NCBI RefSeq assembly: GCF_009914755.1
Contig: NC_060925.1
Strand: one strand, 5' to 3'
Length of the DNA: 64,000 bases
Origin: the human T2T-CHM13v2.0 reference genome, Homo sapiens
The position numbers were made by a program, and so were the translations under genes. The notes beneath the pieces were generated by a model. The model saw only the letters and a list, made by a program, of their open reading frames with translations. It did not search any database and was not told the DNA's origin. Below, piece after piece: positions 40,096 through 57,490 of the stretch (position 1 is its first letter; each line of letters starts with the position of its first letter).

Positions 40096-40577
40096 TCAAC
40101 CGAGGAGGCAGAGGTTGCAGTGAGCTGAGATTGCACCACTGCACTCCAGCCTGGCCAACAGGGCAAGACTCTATTAAAAAAATAAATAAATAAATAAAAT
40201 AAAACAAAACAGACAAAAAAAAACTGAAACAAAAACAAAAGGAAAGAGAAATGATTATGGTGGAAAAGGGTGGAAGGCCACTGATTATCATCACCTGAGA
40301 TGTCATTCTGTGTATTCTGGGAAGTTGTTGCCTTTCTCTACTTGGAACAGTATGAGTGGAAGTTTTCTATTTGAAATATCAGAACCTTTAAAAAGTTTCT
40401 CCAGCCGGTCTTGGTGGCTCATGCCTGTAATCCGAGCACTTTGGGAGGATGAGGTGGGTGGATCACATGAGGCCAGGAGTTCAAGACCAGCCTGGCCAAC
40501 ATGGTGAAACCTGACTCTACTAAAAATACAAAGGTTAGCCAGGATTGGTGGCACACGCTTGTAATTCCAGCTACTCA

Positions 40578-40739
<162 letters not shown>

Positions 40740-40880
40740 CTAGTTCCCTGGAGCCTTCTACTTTGTAGTGAGAGACAAATGTGGATATGTGATAAGTGGA
40801 AACTTGATCCAATCAATTATTTACTTTTTCATGTTAATGTTTTGAATTAAAAGCTAAGTATTATGTATTTAGACACCTTA

Positions 40881-41141
<261 letters not shown>

Positions 41142-41229
41142 TTACTGAACAATAATTAGTCTTATGTTTTGTTTCTAAATTTATGTTCATAGTTCTTTCA
41201 GATACAAATACAGCCTTTTTTCTAAGTGG

Positions 41230-42123
<894 letters not shown>

Positions 42124-42221
42124 GATGCTAAGAAAATACTTGACAAACCTTGCACAGATTGACTATGTACACACAGGTATGCCACTAAGCATATATAATT
42201 AAATTTGTTTTTTCCTTTTAG

Positions 42222-42321
42222 GACAGTTCTCTTTTTGAAACTTATAATGTTGAGCTTGTGAGAAAAGATGGGCAGAGTCTTGGAATTAGAATTGTTGGCT
42301 ATGTTGGAACATCTCATACAG
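42222..42321 (+). CDS. PATJ: PATJ coding exon 8, PDZ3 start (DSSLFET...SLGIRIV...SHT)
   Basis: Acceptor ccttttag, donor G|gtaaat, 100 nt. Confidence 0.97.
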
Positions 42322-43966
42322 GTAAATGAATCATTTCTATTTTATATTTGGAAATTGTAAAGGATGTTAAGGTTTCTAGATAGTGAAATTAAATACTTGC
42401 AGATTTTAATTTAAATCTTGAACAGTAAAACCATGAGTCTATACTAGCAAGCAGTCACTTCTCAGTGATTACAGAATCACATTTTTATCTCAATAGTTTT
42501 ATAGCTGGCTTGATATCCATTAACAAAAGAATATAATTGGCCAGCTTAGTGTATAATATTTGAATTGTATCTTCTCTTGTTTGTAAAATAGCTATATTAT
42601 GAACATTGTTAACATATTATGATAGATTAGATTTGTGATAATTAAATTGATTTCTGTATATGTTTCATATTGTAAATGTTCCCAAAGTATGACTATTGTG
42701 TTTTATCACTAAAAAAAAAAGTTAAAACAAGCATTTTCATTAGAACTATTTTCTTTTCATGTGAAAGAAATAAACTATGAGAATAAGTACACAATTCAAG
42801 TATCCCTGACTAAAACTCTCTCAACTCCTATCTGCAAAGCTTTGGTAACTTTCACTATAAGATTTATTCCTTTATTATAAGAGAATTATTAGGGTAAGAA
42901 AAAATAAACCTTTCCACAAATATTTGCTAATAATATGAAAATTCAGAGTTATAAAATGTTCAATTTTTTTTAAGAGCAAGATTACAGAGTTCATTTCCTT
43001 AAAAAAAAATTGTTATTTTGCATACTTACAGCAGGTGGAAGGATTAAGAGTGCTAATGTATTCAAAGTCCTGAATGAAATTCATGTCAGACCACCTTGTG
43101 TTATTTTAGCCTAATGAACTATCTTTTTTCAAACCTTTAGATTCTACGTGCCACCTTTATTTAGGTTCAGAATTTAATGACATTCAAAAGAGCTCAGTGT
43201 GGATTGTATAATAATGTTGCAAAAAACCACATCAAGTAGTTTTCAATATGTTAAGTCTGGTTAGAGGAATCATTAGTTCCTAAACTTATGGTTTTGTTCC
43301 TAAGTGAAAGTGAATGACTGGTAGAACATTAAGAAAATTTAATGTTTATATTACTGGATAAAGGAAAGTATCATTTTACTATTTTACTTCTTTTGTTTGT
43401 TTATTTGTTTTTGTTTTTTTTTTGAGATGAGTCTCGCTCTGTCGCCCAGGCTGGAGTGCAGTGGCGCGATCTTGGCTCACTGCAACCTCCGCCTCCCAGG
43501 TTCAAGAGATTCTCCTACCCCAGCCTTCGGGTAGCTGGGAGTACAGGCATACACCACCACCCCCGGATAATTTTTGTATTTTTAGCTGAGACAGGGTTTC
43601 ACTATGTTGGCCAGGGTGGTCTCAAACTCCTGACCTCAGGTGATCTGCCTGCCTCGGCCTCCCATAGTGCTGGGATTACAGGCATGAGCCACCGTGCCTG
43701 ACCCATTTTACTTCTTTACCCTCAAAAGTTTTTTGGACTGGGTAATTAGGGGTGGCAGGGAGCACATAAATCCAAACACAACTCAACATGCTTTTTAACA
43801 AGTAGTCTTTGAAAATGATTTTTGCTTTATTCTATTCATTGGACTTTTGAGCAGTTCTGGAGAGGGTAGAAAAATGAATAAGAGAAGTCTGTTCAGGGAG
43901 ACAAACATATAAGAAACACTTAGTTCTTTTTTAAAAATTATTATTATCATTTTTTTTCTTTTCTGA

Positions 43967-44269
<303 letters not shown>

Positions 44270-44710
44270 TAGAGAAAAGGTAAAATCATGAAAATGCTAG
44301 ATGTTTTGGGGAAATGTCAAGTGCGTGCTGCGGACTGGGCTTGGTGGCTCATGCCTGTAATCCCAGCACTTTGGGAGGCTGAGGCTGATGGCTCACTTGA
44401 GCCCAGGAGTTCAAGACCAGCTTGGGCAACATGGTGAAACACTGTCTCTACAAAAAATAAAAAAAAATTGTAGCCGCAGCTACTCGGGAGGCTGAGGTGG
44501 GATCGCTTGAACTGGGGAGGCAGAGGCTGCAGTGAGCCGTGATTGTGCCACTGCACACCAACCTGCAACCTGGGCAACAGAGCCAGATCCTGTTTCAAAA
44601 AAAAAAAAAAAAAGCCTGGTGTGTCCAGACTTTTATTTTCTTGGAAAGTTGTAGTGGAAATTGAAGTCAAAAAATAAATTTGGGCAGATTATGGAGGGCC
44701 TTGAATATGA

Positions 44711-45100
<390 letters not shown>

Positions 45101-45530
45101 TAAGCTCCTGGGCTCAGGTGATTCTCATGCCTCAGCCTCCAGAGTAGCTGGAATTACAGGCATGCGCCATTACACCTAGCTAATTTTTAAATTTTTTGTG
45201 AGATGACATCCCACTATGTCACCCAGGCTGGCCTCAAAGTCCTGGGCTCAGGTGATCCTCCCCCCTCAGCCTCCCAAAGCGCTGGGATTACAACTGTGAA
45301 CAACTACACCTGGCCTACAAACAATGTTTTGAGTTTATTTGGAAATAAAAATGTAAAATCATGCAGATCTATTGTGTTTTATTTTCCAATTTCCCTTCCT
45401 GTCCCTTCCCATGGGAAGGCATGCTTTAAAATCAAAGTTTTAATTTAAAAATTTTTTATAGCCATTTGTCTGTTTCAATGTTTTATTTTATAATATGTAA
45501 AGATTATTTCATGTTGCTGAGCTCATACTA

Positions 45531-45749
<219 letters not shown>

Positions 45750-46338
45750 TCAGGAGGCAGGGGAATCACTTGAACTCTGAAAGTGGAGGTTGCAGTGAGC
45801 TGAGATCGTGCCATTGCACTCCAGCCTGGGCGACAAGAGCAAAACTCCATCTCAAAAAACAAACAAAAAGATCATATATAGTTTTCTTATTTCTGTGTCT
45901 GTGAAGCTAACATGAGCAGTGATCTAAATATAGGCAGGAAGACCTAGGAGACTCTTGTCATAGTGATGGTAAAAAAAAAAAAAAAAAAAAAAAAGAAGTT
46001 TTATGCCACATCAGTAATAAGAGTAGAGACAGACTGAGAGAGAGTCAGACTTCCTCTGGGCTCTCCTGAATTCCAGCTTAAATTAGAGTACATTTCATCA
46101 GGGTTCCACTACTGATTATTTTAACGGAAGAGTAGTCATCAGTCAAATCATTTCAAATTCAGGTCACTTGAGATGGTGGCAGTTTGAAATAATCCATCAA
46201 TTTCTCTGCTTGTGTTCAAAATAGTATTTATCAAACCTCCAGTCAACCCCGTTAGCTAATTAACCTCTTGATACAAATTTTGCAATCAAGGCCTAATTAG
46301 AATTTTCTTCCTTTTTCCGTATGTCTGTGCACCTTAAG

Positions 46339-46430
46339 GGGAAGCTTCAGGGATTTATGTGAAAAGTGTAATACCTGGCAGTGCTGCGTACCACAATGGC
46401 CACATTCAAGTGAATGACAAAATAGTTGCT
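46339..46430 (+). CDS. PATJ: PATJ coding exon 9, PDZ3 middle ([15 protein letters not shown]...KIVA)
   Basis: Acceptor ccttaag, donor GCT|gtaagt, 92 nt. Confidence 0.97.
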
Positions 46431-47517
46431 GTAAGTAACTCGCCTCTGTTTTAGGTTTGATTCTAGTTGAAAAAAAGGTTGATCATTATTATAATACATG
46501 TGAGAGGGGGAATAGCTTAATATAGTTTTATAAGGTTTTTTAAAAAATTAAGTTTGTTATACAGTGAAATCTCATTATTTTGGACTCTTCTTCCTACATT
46601 AAATTTTTTTTCACCGTCAGTGAAGAAAGGATTCACTAAACATATTGGTAAAAAAGTATATTTTTTCTATACATGTATGTTTGAAAGATGTTCTAGCATT
46701 ATCCTAGAAAACCCTGCGAGGACCACACTGTGTTCTTTAAACTCACCCATTTTATCTATAATTAATAGGCCATTAACCAGCTCTTTCTATCTTTTTGTAA
46801 AAGTAGTTTTTCTGTTAACAATAATTATAAGTACAACTAAAATTGAGGTATTTTACATATTTAAGAATATAATATCACCTTTTATCAATTAAAACTGGTC
46901 TTTCCCCCATTTAGTAGAAATTAGTTCAATTTATATATACGCTTATATTAATGTCTATACATATGTATACACACACATTGCTTAACATAGAAACAAATGC
47001 TGGGTGGTATGCTTTGAATCCTTGTCCTTCAAATCTATCTAAGAAAGCACATTTCATGACTCTTGGCTTTAAAAGCCTTATGGGGAAAGTTGAAATACTT
47101 ACAGCTAGCTCAAAGAAGATTGAGAGAGGAAGCCTATTGGTTCTGATAGACTTCAGGAATTGGGCTTGACATAGATTAAGAATACTGTTCTTGCTCACAC
47201 TTTTTCAGAAAGCTAGAAGACCTATTGGAGGGAGATCAGTGTGTTTCTTGAAAATATCATGTGGTGATATGAATAGAGGGATGAAGTATTAGATGACCTC
47301 TTCAGTTTTGATAATAATGGCTTCTATTAATACATCTTGTGTAATAACTGGCCATCTTTTATGGCATTTTGAATTTTGAATTGCATCAGAGATTAAAGTC
47401 CTTTATATCTCTCAGGCTATTAGTTAAGTGACAAATTTGAGTTTGCTTTCTAGTGTGTGAGGAAGTTTCTCAGCATGTTTTACTAGTTTTACATCCTTGT
47501 TCAAAAATATATCCTAA

Positions 47518-47913
<396 letters not shown>

Positions 47914-48125
47914 TAGTCTGGTCTCGAACTCCTGACCTCAGGTGATCCATGATCCACCCACCTTGACCTACCAAAGTGCTGGGATTACAGGCGTGAGCCA
48001 CCACACCCGGCCTAAATAATTTATTTTTGGAATGAAAGAAATTGCCTCATTTTATTCAGTGTTGCCAGAGCTAAAAATAGTAGCTAATTTAAAACCTCTG
48101 CTTAATGTTTCTCTTGATGTTTTAG

Positions 48126-48267
48126 GTCGATGGCGTGAACATTCAGGGTTTTGCCAACCATGATGTTGTTGAAGTATTACGAAATGCAGGGCAGGTGGTA
48201 CACCTAACCCTAGTTCGAAGGAAGACATCCTCATCTACTTCTCCACTTGAACCACCTTCAGACAGAG
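48126..48267 (+). CDS. PATJ: PATJ coding exon 10, PDZ3 end (VDGVNIQG...PPSDR)
   Basis: Acceptor gttttag, donor G|gtgatt, 142 nt. Confidence 0.96.
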
Positions 48268-48619
48268 GTGATTAATTTGCCACCCCTCTATCCCTCAAGT
48301 AGTTTACATTTGGAAGAGCAGTTCAATTATGGAAGTTGCTCCATGAGTCTCAGCAGGAAATGTTGTCCCACCTCGTGTAATACACTGATGGAGAAATGAG
48401 TCAGCTCATTTGTTCACTGAAGCAAGTGTTTTCTTTGCTTACTATGTCAGTCAGAATGGTAGGATGTGCACCCAACATGCACTAAGCTCTGAGAGCATCT
48501 CTAAATGGAGTTGAAAATCATTTTTTCTAAAAGCTTTCAAATTTCATTGATTACGTATATTTGAATAATAAAGCTTTGACACATTTTGTTAGGGGAATCT
48601 CATTTGTCTAATACTTTGA

Positions 48620-49023
<404 letters not shown>

Positions 49024-50050
49024 TAAAACACGTATTTGTATTTTATTTTTTTTAGACAGGTCTCACTTTGTTGCCCAGGCTGGAGTGTAGTGGCATGTTC
49101 ATGGCTCACTGCCGCCTTACTTCCTGGGCTCAAGTTATCCTCCTACCTCAGCCTCCTGAGTAGCTGGGACCACGGGTGAGCACCACCATACCCAGATAAT
49201 TTATTTTTATTTTTTTTGTAGAGATGGGGTCTCTCCTGTGTTGCCCATGCTAGTCTTGAACTCCTGGGCTCAAGTGATCCACCTGCCTTGGCCTCCTAAA
49301 CTACTGGGATTACAGGTGTTAACCACGGTGCCTGGCTGCATGTCAGTTTTTAATTATCAACTTAGAAACATATAGATGAACAAAAGTTGATAATCATGGA
49401 AACACATATTCAATTTAGAATGAGTGAATTACTGGGTGCAGTAATTCTAGCCATGCTTGGTGGCTCATGCCTGTAATTCCAGCACTTCTGGAGGCCAAGG
49501 CAGGAGAATCACTTGAGGCCAGGAATTTAAGACCAGCCTGGCCAACATAGAGAGACCCCTTCTCTACAAAAAATTAAACATTAGCCGGGCCTGGTGGCAC
49601 CCACCTGTAGTCCCAGCTACTCAGGAGGCTCAGGCAGGAGAATCACTTGAACCTAGGAGTTTGAGGCTTCAGTGAGCATGCCACTGCCTGCCGGCCTGCG
49701 TGACAGAGTGAGACCTGTCTCTTAAAAGAAAAAAAAAAAGTGACTAGTTGTATAACTAGGGAGTAAGAAATACTTCAATTAGAATTTGACAGAAGATCAT
49801 TTTTTTCCTCTGAAAATATTCTTCTGAAGATACAATACACCTGGAAGCCTTTGCTTTCAGCCGATAGTGATTTGTATTTAAATTGGAACTTTTTCTCTTT
49901 TATGTGATAGTAGAACTTTTGTTGCTGAAAGACAGATGCCCTGCCAACTGCATCCAGTGTATGAAATTAAAAATTGCCTAAATAGTCCAAATTGTACAAA
50001 TGCCATTAAAAAAATTTTTTTTAATGATTTATTGATTTATTTATTTTTGA

Positions 50051-50314
<264 letters not shown>

Positions 50315-50384
50315 TGATCCACCACGCCTGGCACAAATGCCATATTGACCTTAAATTGCTTACATAAATATTTATATAAATGTT

Positions 50385-51412
50385 TTTTTAATTTAAAATT
50401 TATTTTTATAGATTCAGGGGATAAATGTGCATGTTTGTTACATGGATATATATGCATAGTGTTGGGGTTTGGTCTTCTAGTATACCCATCACTCAAATAG
50501 TGAACATCATACTGAATATGTAATTTTTCAACCCTCACCCCCGCTCCACCAGCCTCCTTCATCCTGGGATCCCCAGTGTTTATTATCTTCTTCTGCATAT
50601 CTGTGTGTACCCATTGTTTAGCTTAGTGAGAACATGGAGTGTTTAATTTCCTGTTTCCGAGTCATTTCACTTAGAATAATGGCCTCCAGCACCATTCATG
50701 TTGCTGAAAACAAAACAAAACATAATTTCATTCTTTTTATGCCTGTATAGTAGTCCATGAAACAAAACATAGTTTCATTCTTTTTATGCCTATATATATA
50801 TACATACCACATTTTCTGTATCCTATCATCTGTTGATGGACACTTAGATTGCTTTCATGGCTTTGCTTTTGCAAATAGTGCTGAAATAAACATACAAGTA
50901 CATGTGTCTTTTTGATAGAACTATTTCTTTTCCTTTGGGTAGAAACCCAGTAGTGGAGTTACTGGGTCAAATTGTTGTGCTATTTTTAGTTCTTTAAGAG
51001 ATCTCCATACTGTTTTCCACATCGACAGAAGTTGTACTAATTTACATCCCCACCAACAGTGTATAAGTGTTCTCTTTTCTCCACATCCTTGCCAATATCA
51101 GTTGTTTTTTGACTTTTTAATAATGGCCATTCTGACTGATATGAGATGGTATCTCATTGTGGTTTGAATGTGGATTTAATTGCAGGATTGTTAGTTTGCT
51201 GGCTACTTATATTCTACTTTTGAGAAAATGTCTGTTCATGTCTTTTGCCCACTTTTTAATGGTGGGTTGTTTTATTGTTACTGAGTTGTGTGAGTTCCTT
51301 CTGGAACCTGAATATTAGTTGTTCATTGGAGACATAGTTTGCAAATATTTTCTCCCATTCTGTAGGTTGTCTGTTTACTGTGTTGACTACCTATTTTGCT
51401 ATGCAGAAGCTT
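50385..51412 (-). mobile_element. L1MA/L1PB-type 3' end (ORF2 C-terminus and 3'UTR)
   Basis: catgtttgttacatggatata, ttttaataatggccattctgactgatatgagatggtatctcattgtgg, gcaaatattttctcccattctgtaggttg. Confidence 0.85.
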
Positions 51413-52196
51413 TTCTTTTTTTAAATTTTTTTGTTATACTTTAAGTTCTAGGGTACATGTGCACAACGTGCAGGTTTGTTACATATATGTACATGTGCCA
51501 TGTTGGTGTGCTACACCCATTAACTCATCATTTATATTAGGTAGTTCTCCTAATGCTATCCCTCCCCTTCTTCCCACCCCACAACAGGCCCCGGTGTGTG
51601 ATGTTCCCCACCCTGTGTCCAAGTGTTCTCATTATTCAATTCTCACCTATGAGTGAGAACATGGTGGTGTTTGGTGTTCTGTCCTTGTGATAGTTTGCTC
51701 AGAATGATGGTTTCCAGCTTCACCCATGTCCCTACAAAGGACATGAACTCATCCTTCTTATGGCTGCGTAGTGTTCCATCGTGTATATGTGCCACATTTT
51801 CTTAATCCAGTCTATCACTGATAGACATTTGGGTTGGTTCCAAGTCTTTGCTATTGTGGATAATGCCGCAATAAACATACATGTGCATGTGTCTTTACAG
51901 CAGCATGATTTATGATCCTTTGGGTATATACCCAGTAATGGGATGGCTGGGTCAAATAGTGTATCTAGTTCTAGATCCTTGAGGAATCGCCATACTGTCT
52001 TCCACTGTGGGTGAATTAGTTTACACTCCCACCAACAGTGTAAAAGTGTTCCTATTTCTCTACATCCTCTCCAGCACCTGTTGTTTCCTGACTTTTTAAT
52101 GATTGCCATTCTAACTGGTGTGAGATGGTATCTCATTGTGGTTTTGATTTGCATTTCTCTGATGGCCAGTGATGGTGGGCATTTTTTCATGTGTCT
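51413..52196 (-). mobile_element. 5'-truncated L1PA 3' end, with an ORF2 C-terminal remnant (track ORF 51732..52202)
   Basis: The 3' end ttatactttaagttctagggtacatgtgcacaacgtgcagg is L1PA. The translation [34 protein letters not shown] is the L1 ORF2p Cys-rich C-terminus. Confidence 0.93.
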
Positions 52197-52461
52197 TCCC
52201 ATTGTTTAGTTCCTTATTCTTTTCAATGCCATTAATCCATTAATAAGTTCATTTTTTAAGGAATTGATTGGTTGTCTATTACACATGGCATTTTGGGTTT
52301 AAGGAATCATATATATAAGTTACCTCAGATTTAATAAGGTTGTGAAATGGGAGAAATGGGAGAACAGCAGTAAAATCTGCTCACTTAAATATAGTCCTCA
52401 ACAACTAATAATTCAAGTTAGCATTAACAAAATTTTAAAAAATTATTTTTTTTTGTTTTAG

Positions 52462-52608
52462 GAACTGTTGTAGAACCACTGAAACCACCAGCTCTCTTTC
52501 TAACTGGAGCAGTGGAAACTGAAACTAATGTGGATGGTGAAGATGAGGAAATTAAAGAAAGAATTGATACTTTAAAAAATGACAACATACAAGCCTTAGA
52601 AAAATTGG
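52462..52608 (+). CDS. PATJ: PATJ coding exon 11, acidic linker (GTVVEP...ALEKL)
   Basis: Acceptor tgttttag, donor G|gtaggc, 147 nt, phase 1-1. Confidence 0.96.
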
Positions 52609-52764
52609 GTAGGCACAAAGCATTCACTTTGCGATAACAGACTTCTTCATTTGTTAACCATTTTCTGTCTTTATAGTTAATATAGTATGAGAAATCTTAG
52701 AGGCATTTTGGAGACATAAAATAGGATATTCTTAATATCAACTTTTTTTTTGAGACAGAGTTTC

Positions 52765-53271
<507 letters not shown>

Positions 53272-56200
53272 TAATTATTTTATTTTATTTTAATTTTTGT
53301 AGAGATGGAGTCTCACTATGTTGTCCAGGCTGGTTTCAAACTCCTGAGCTCAAGCCATCCTCCCACTTTGGCCCCCCAAAGTGCTGAGATTATAGGCGTG
53401 AACCACCTTAGCTTATATATTATCATTGATATGTCTATATCTATAGATTATTGCTGTTTATACACATATAGCATATGTTTCTTTTTCATTATACATGTTT
53501 TTTATTATAAAAATTAATAATGTATGCATTTCTATAAGTTGCATTGAATTGCCAAGCTGTTATACCTTTATTCTTTAATTTTTTTTAATTGATTTGCAGC
53601 TTTGTCCTTTTACTTTGTATTTTGATACCTTAGCTATTATAGTGGACTCTACTCTCCAAGCTCATTGAGTAACAGTTGCACACAGTTCCCTGCACAAAAG
53701 TGCTCTGGAAAGCCTCGCCAGCTAAATGAAACTCCTTGAGTACTTAACACCATCCATGTTCCCGAGAAGTTTTGGCTTTTGGCTTTGTCTTGTCTCAGGT
53801 CAGGAAAGAATAGCCTATGATTTGGAAATTTACCTTGTTCTTTTTGACTCAAGTAGATTGCAGTTTATCTTTGCAAATCTGAGTTGAGCTCAGATTTTCA
53901 GAAAAATGTCAGATGAAAATCAAGTACATTCTGAAATTAGATATAGTTTTAGAAGTATTTTTTCCATAATGTTCATTTTTTTATTATTACAATGACAAGA
54001 CAAAGTTTTTCGTATCACCATTACACTTATACTAGGGATAACAATACTCCTCTATTATAAATGCTACATGACCTTTTAAAAACATTATTTACTATGCTTG
54101 GCATAACTGGGCATGCTTAATAAAATAAATAAAAGATAAAACATTCAATTTTTTTTTTACTAATCAAAGTACCTAATTTTATACAATTTGCACTCAACTT
54201 TTAATGTTAGTAATAGAAACAATGAAATTATTTTACTTCTTGATACTTAAGACTTTAACTCCAACACATGCACTACAAGATTTTCGTCATCAATATAACG
54301 GTCTTGGCATCTTATATGTTATGTTCCCGTTTTAAATCAAGTCCTACTTGCTAAAACGAAAACAGGTAAAGACAATGAACAGATGGTTCACGAAAGAGGA
54401 ATACAAAAAGCCAATAACAACACTGGCATATCAACCTCATTCGCAATGAAAGAAATACAGATTTTAAAAATGACATACCATTTTTGGTTATATATGCAAA
54501 AATTAAAAATTATACTTACAGTTGACCAGGAAGTATTAGTTTTAGAAATATTTTATGTGTGCTTTTTGGATCAACTTCACTACGTTTTTTTCTTCTTGCA
54601 TATGTATAATTTTAGCTTTAGAGTAAAATCAAAATCTACTAACTGCTATGAGGTTAGCTCTCTTTTTGTCTTTGGAATAATTATTTCAGATCATCATGTT
54701 ATTCATTTTTTGATCATTTTGTGTAGCCTAGGATTTATTGAGCTGCTGAAAGCATATCTCTTTTCTCCAGCACTTAGGCCTTTGTACTGTGGTTTAAAAC
54801 ACATGACTGTGTTTTCATTGTACAACTGAAAGGTAAAAATATAGTCAAAAAAATTGCTGGTGAAATGTCAACATTATTTTATACATTTATATTAACTGTC
54901 ATATGAGAGCCATGTTTTTAAGTTTAGAATTCAACAAATAAATTGCCAATTTTGTTCAGTTTTGTTTACCAGTTAAGAAATTACTGCCTAGAAGAAATTT
55001 ATGAGGCAAGATGTTAGAACTCTTAATGTAATTTCTTAAGGAAATGCTAACAGGAATAGGTGCAAAGGTGCAGAGCCCAAATGAATTTGATTTTTTGTTT
55101 TTAATAGGATCTTTGGTTAGTTATCACCTAAATGTAATCTAGCATAGCAATTGATATAGTTATTTCATGGGTATTCTTTTATAAATGTAGTAATTTAAGT
55201 TCTTTAATGTTCATTAGTCTTAGTCACTGATTTTTGAGGTTAGCCTGTTTCACTTAATGATTTGTATTATGTGATTAAACATTATATGCATCCAAGATGA
55301 GCTGTCCATGCTGAAGACTGAAAGAGCTGATACTGCAAGTTAACATTTGATTTTAGGCAGATGGTTATATCAGTTGTGATAACTGTTCTGTGACTTGTTT
55401 AATCTTAAGACAAAATTGAGACAGTTTTTCTTTAAGTTAAAAAACGTAGAAGTTTGTTCATTTTCTGCTACTGCTATGGGTATAAGGTATAACTTCAGTT
55501 TTAGTACTTTGACTTTTGCCTATTAGACATTATTCATACTATGCACCGTGCACTGAGCTTCTGGCTACAGTCATGTGGAGGACAGGCAAGACACTTAAAA
55601 TCTGTTTTGGCACTGTAAAATTATCTATGCAACAAAGACAGTATTCCACTCAAAAAAGTCATAAAGATACAAATATCTTAATAACCAAGCAACAAAAGAC
55701 TAGTGTGAAACCAAAGTTTCTATTGTATTAAAGCTCATGGAACTTTGACTGAATTAAACCAGACAAGCCTTTATAGCTACCCATGTGAAAAGTCTGAATG
55801 TATTGTGTTGATATGCGCTGCTGATAGTAAAGATATCTTGGTAAGTTTTTACTTTTCTAGTGGGCAGCTGGAATGGAACTACTTTGAAGTGATTAACATT
55901 TAAATTAAATCCTTCTATGTCCTAATGTATTATAAAGCAAAGCCACATGCATTTTACTTGTAAACTATAGGATATTTACATATAAACTGTATATAATTTA
56001 AATTTCATGTATAACTCATCACGTCCTCTTTCCTTTAAAATATCCCTTAACAACAAAAGCACCTTCATAATTTGGTCACAGCTGATCTTTACATTTTATG
56101 TTAGTTTTATAAGTCACCTCTGATTTACTTTACCTAGCAGACCTAAGTTAATGCATTTTCCTTTTTATTCATTTCCCCTTTACTTACTGAAACTGGGCTG

Positions 56201-56286
56201 TTATTGAAGAATTTAGCAGTTAAGTGTGTTTGGCTCACAGTAGTTTCAACATTCTCTCGCTCTCTCTCTTTTTTTTTAATATCCAG

Positions 56287-56363
56287 AAAAAGTCCCAGAC
56301 TCTCCAGAAAATGAGCTGAAATCCAGATGGGAAAACCTGTTGGGTCCTGATTATGAAGTAATG
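56287..56363 (+). CDS. PATJ: PATJ coding exon 12 (EKVPDSP...YEVM)
   Basis: Acceptor atatccag, donor ATG|gtatgt, 77 nt. Confidence 0.96.
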
Positions 56364-57176
56364 GTATGTTAAAATGCTCTAATAAAAAACATTCATGTCT
56401 CATTTCACATCAAGTTTCTAACAGTACGATCCAAAGAAATGGGTGAGTCAAAGAATAGCCCGCCTGACTTTATTTTTCCTTCCTGCCTTTCTTCCCTAGT
56501 GGATCAATCGATTTTTTTCCCCCCATCTTTAGCATTTTAAGCAGTAAGAATAATTAAGGACTGCACACAAACTTCAGTTAACATTAGGAGACACTCAGTT
56601 CGTGTTGAAACCATTTAAGTCGACAATAGACAGAAAACTGTTGGGAGAGAGGGCTTGCCTTTAAATTTATAACCTGTATCAGCTGCTTAAAATTGCTGGC
56701 ATTTTTATGATTGCTTTTATGATCTGTTTGTTTTATTGTACACTGAAAGGACTGTGGATATTAGTCCTATGTTTCACAAAGAATCTTACAGTTTTATGTG
56801 AAAAATGAAAGAATGATTATCAAATGTATTTGGAAGAACAGGAAGTAATTTAGGTTAGGTATAAGTTTATAGTGCCAGTGGTCCATTAGACTTCCTTTCA
56901 CCTGCTATTAGATTCATTGAGTAAGGGACTGATTACATTTCCCCATATGAATCCACATGAAGGCAGACGGTTGTGCTTAGACAAGCCTCTACAGTGTTCA
57001 CTAAATGCATTAGTAATAAAATACTCTTTTACATTTCTACTCTCATTCACATTTTCTTACATATGTTTATAATTAGTACTGGTTGGCTGGTTGGAGATTT
57101 TTAAAATCTTTTTGGTTTAGATTACCTAGCCACCATCTGTTGTCACAGAATTTTCAGTGTCATTAAGATGAGTCAA

Positions 57177-57490
<314 letters not shown>

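Noticed and set aside
51732-52202. 156-aa minus-strand ORF as a separate gene
   Set aside because: It is the C-terminal remnant of L1 ORF2p in a 5'-truncated L1PA, with no promoter, endonuclease or RT domain.
54033-54043. TAGGGATAACA resembling the I-SceI site or mitochondrial 16S sequence
   Set aside because: Only 11 nt match and the flanks do not extend, so this is a chance match.
54383-54829. 148-aa non-Alu ORF
   Set aside because: It begins in an old L1 remnant and continues through T-rich intron, with no splice or domain support.
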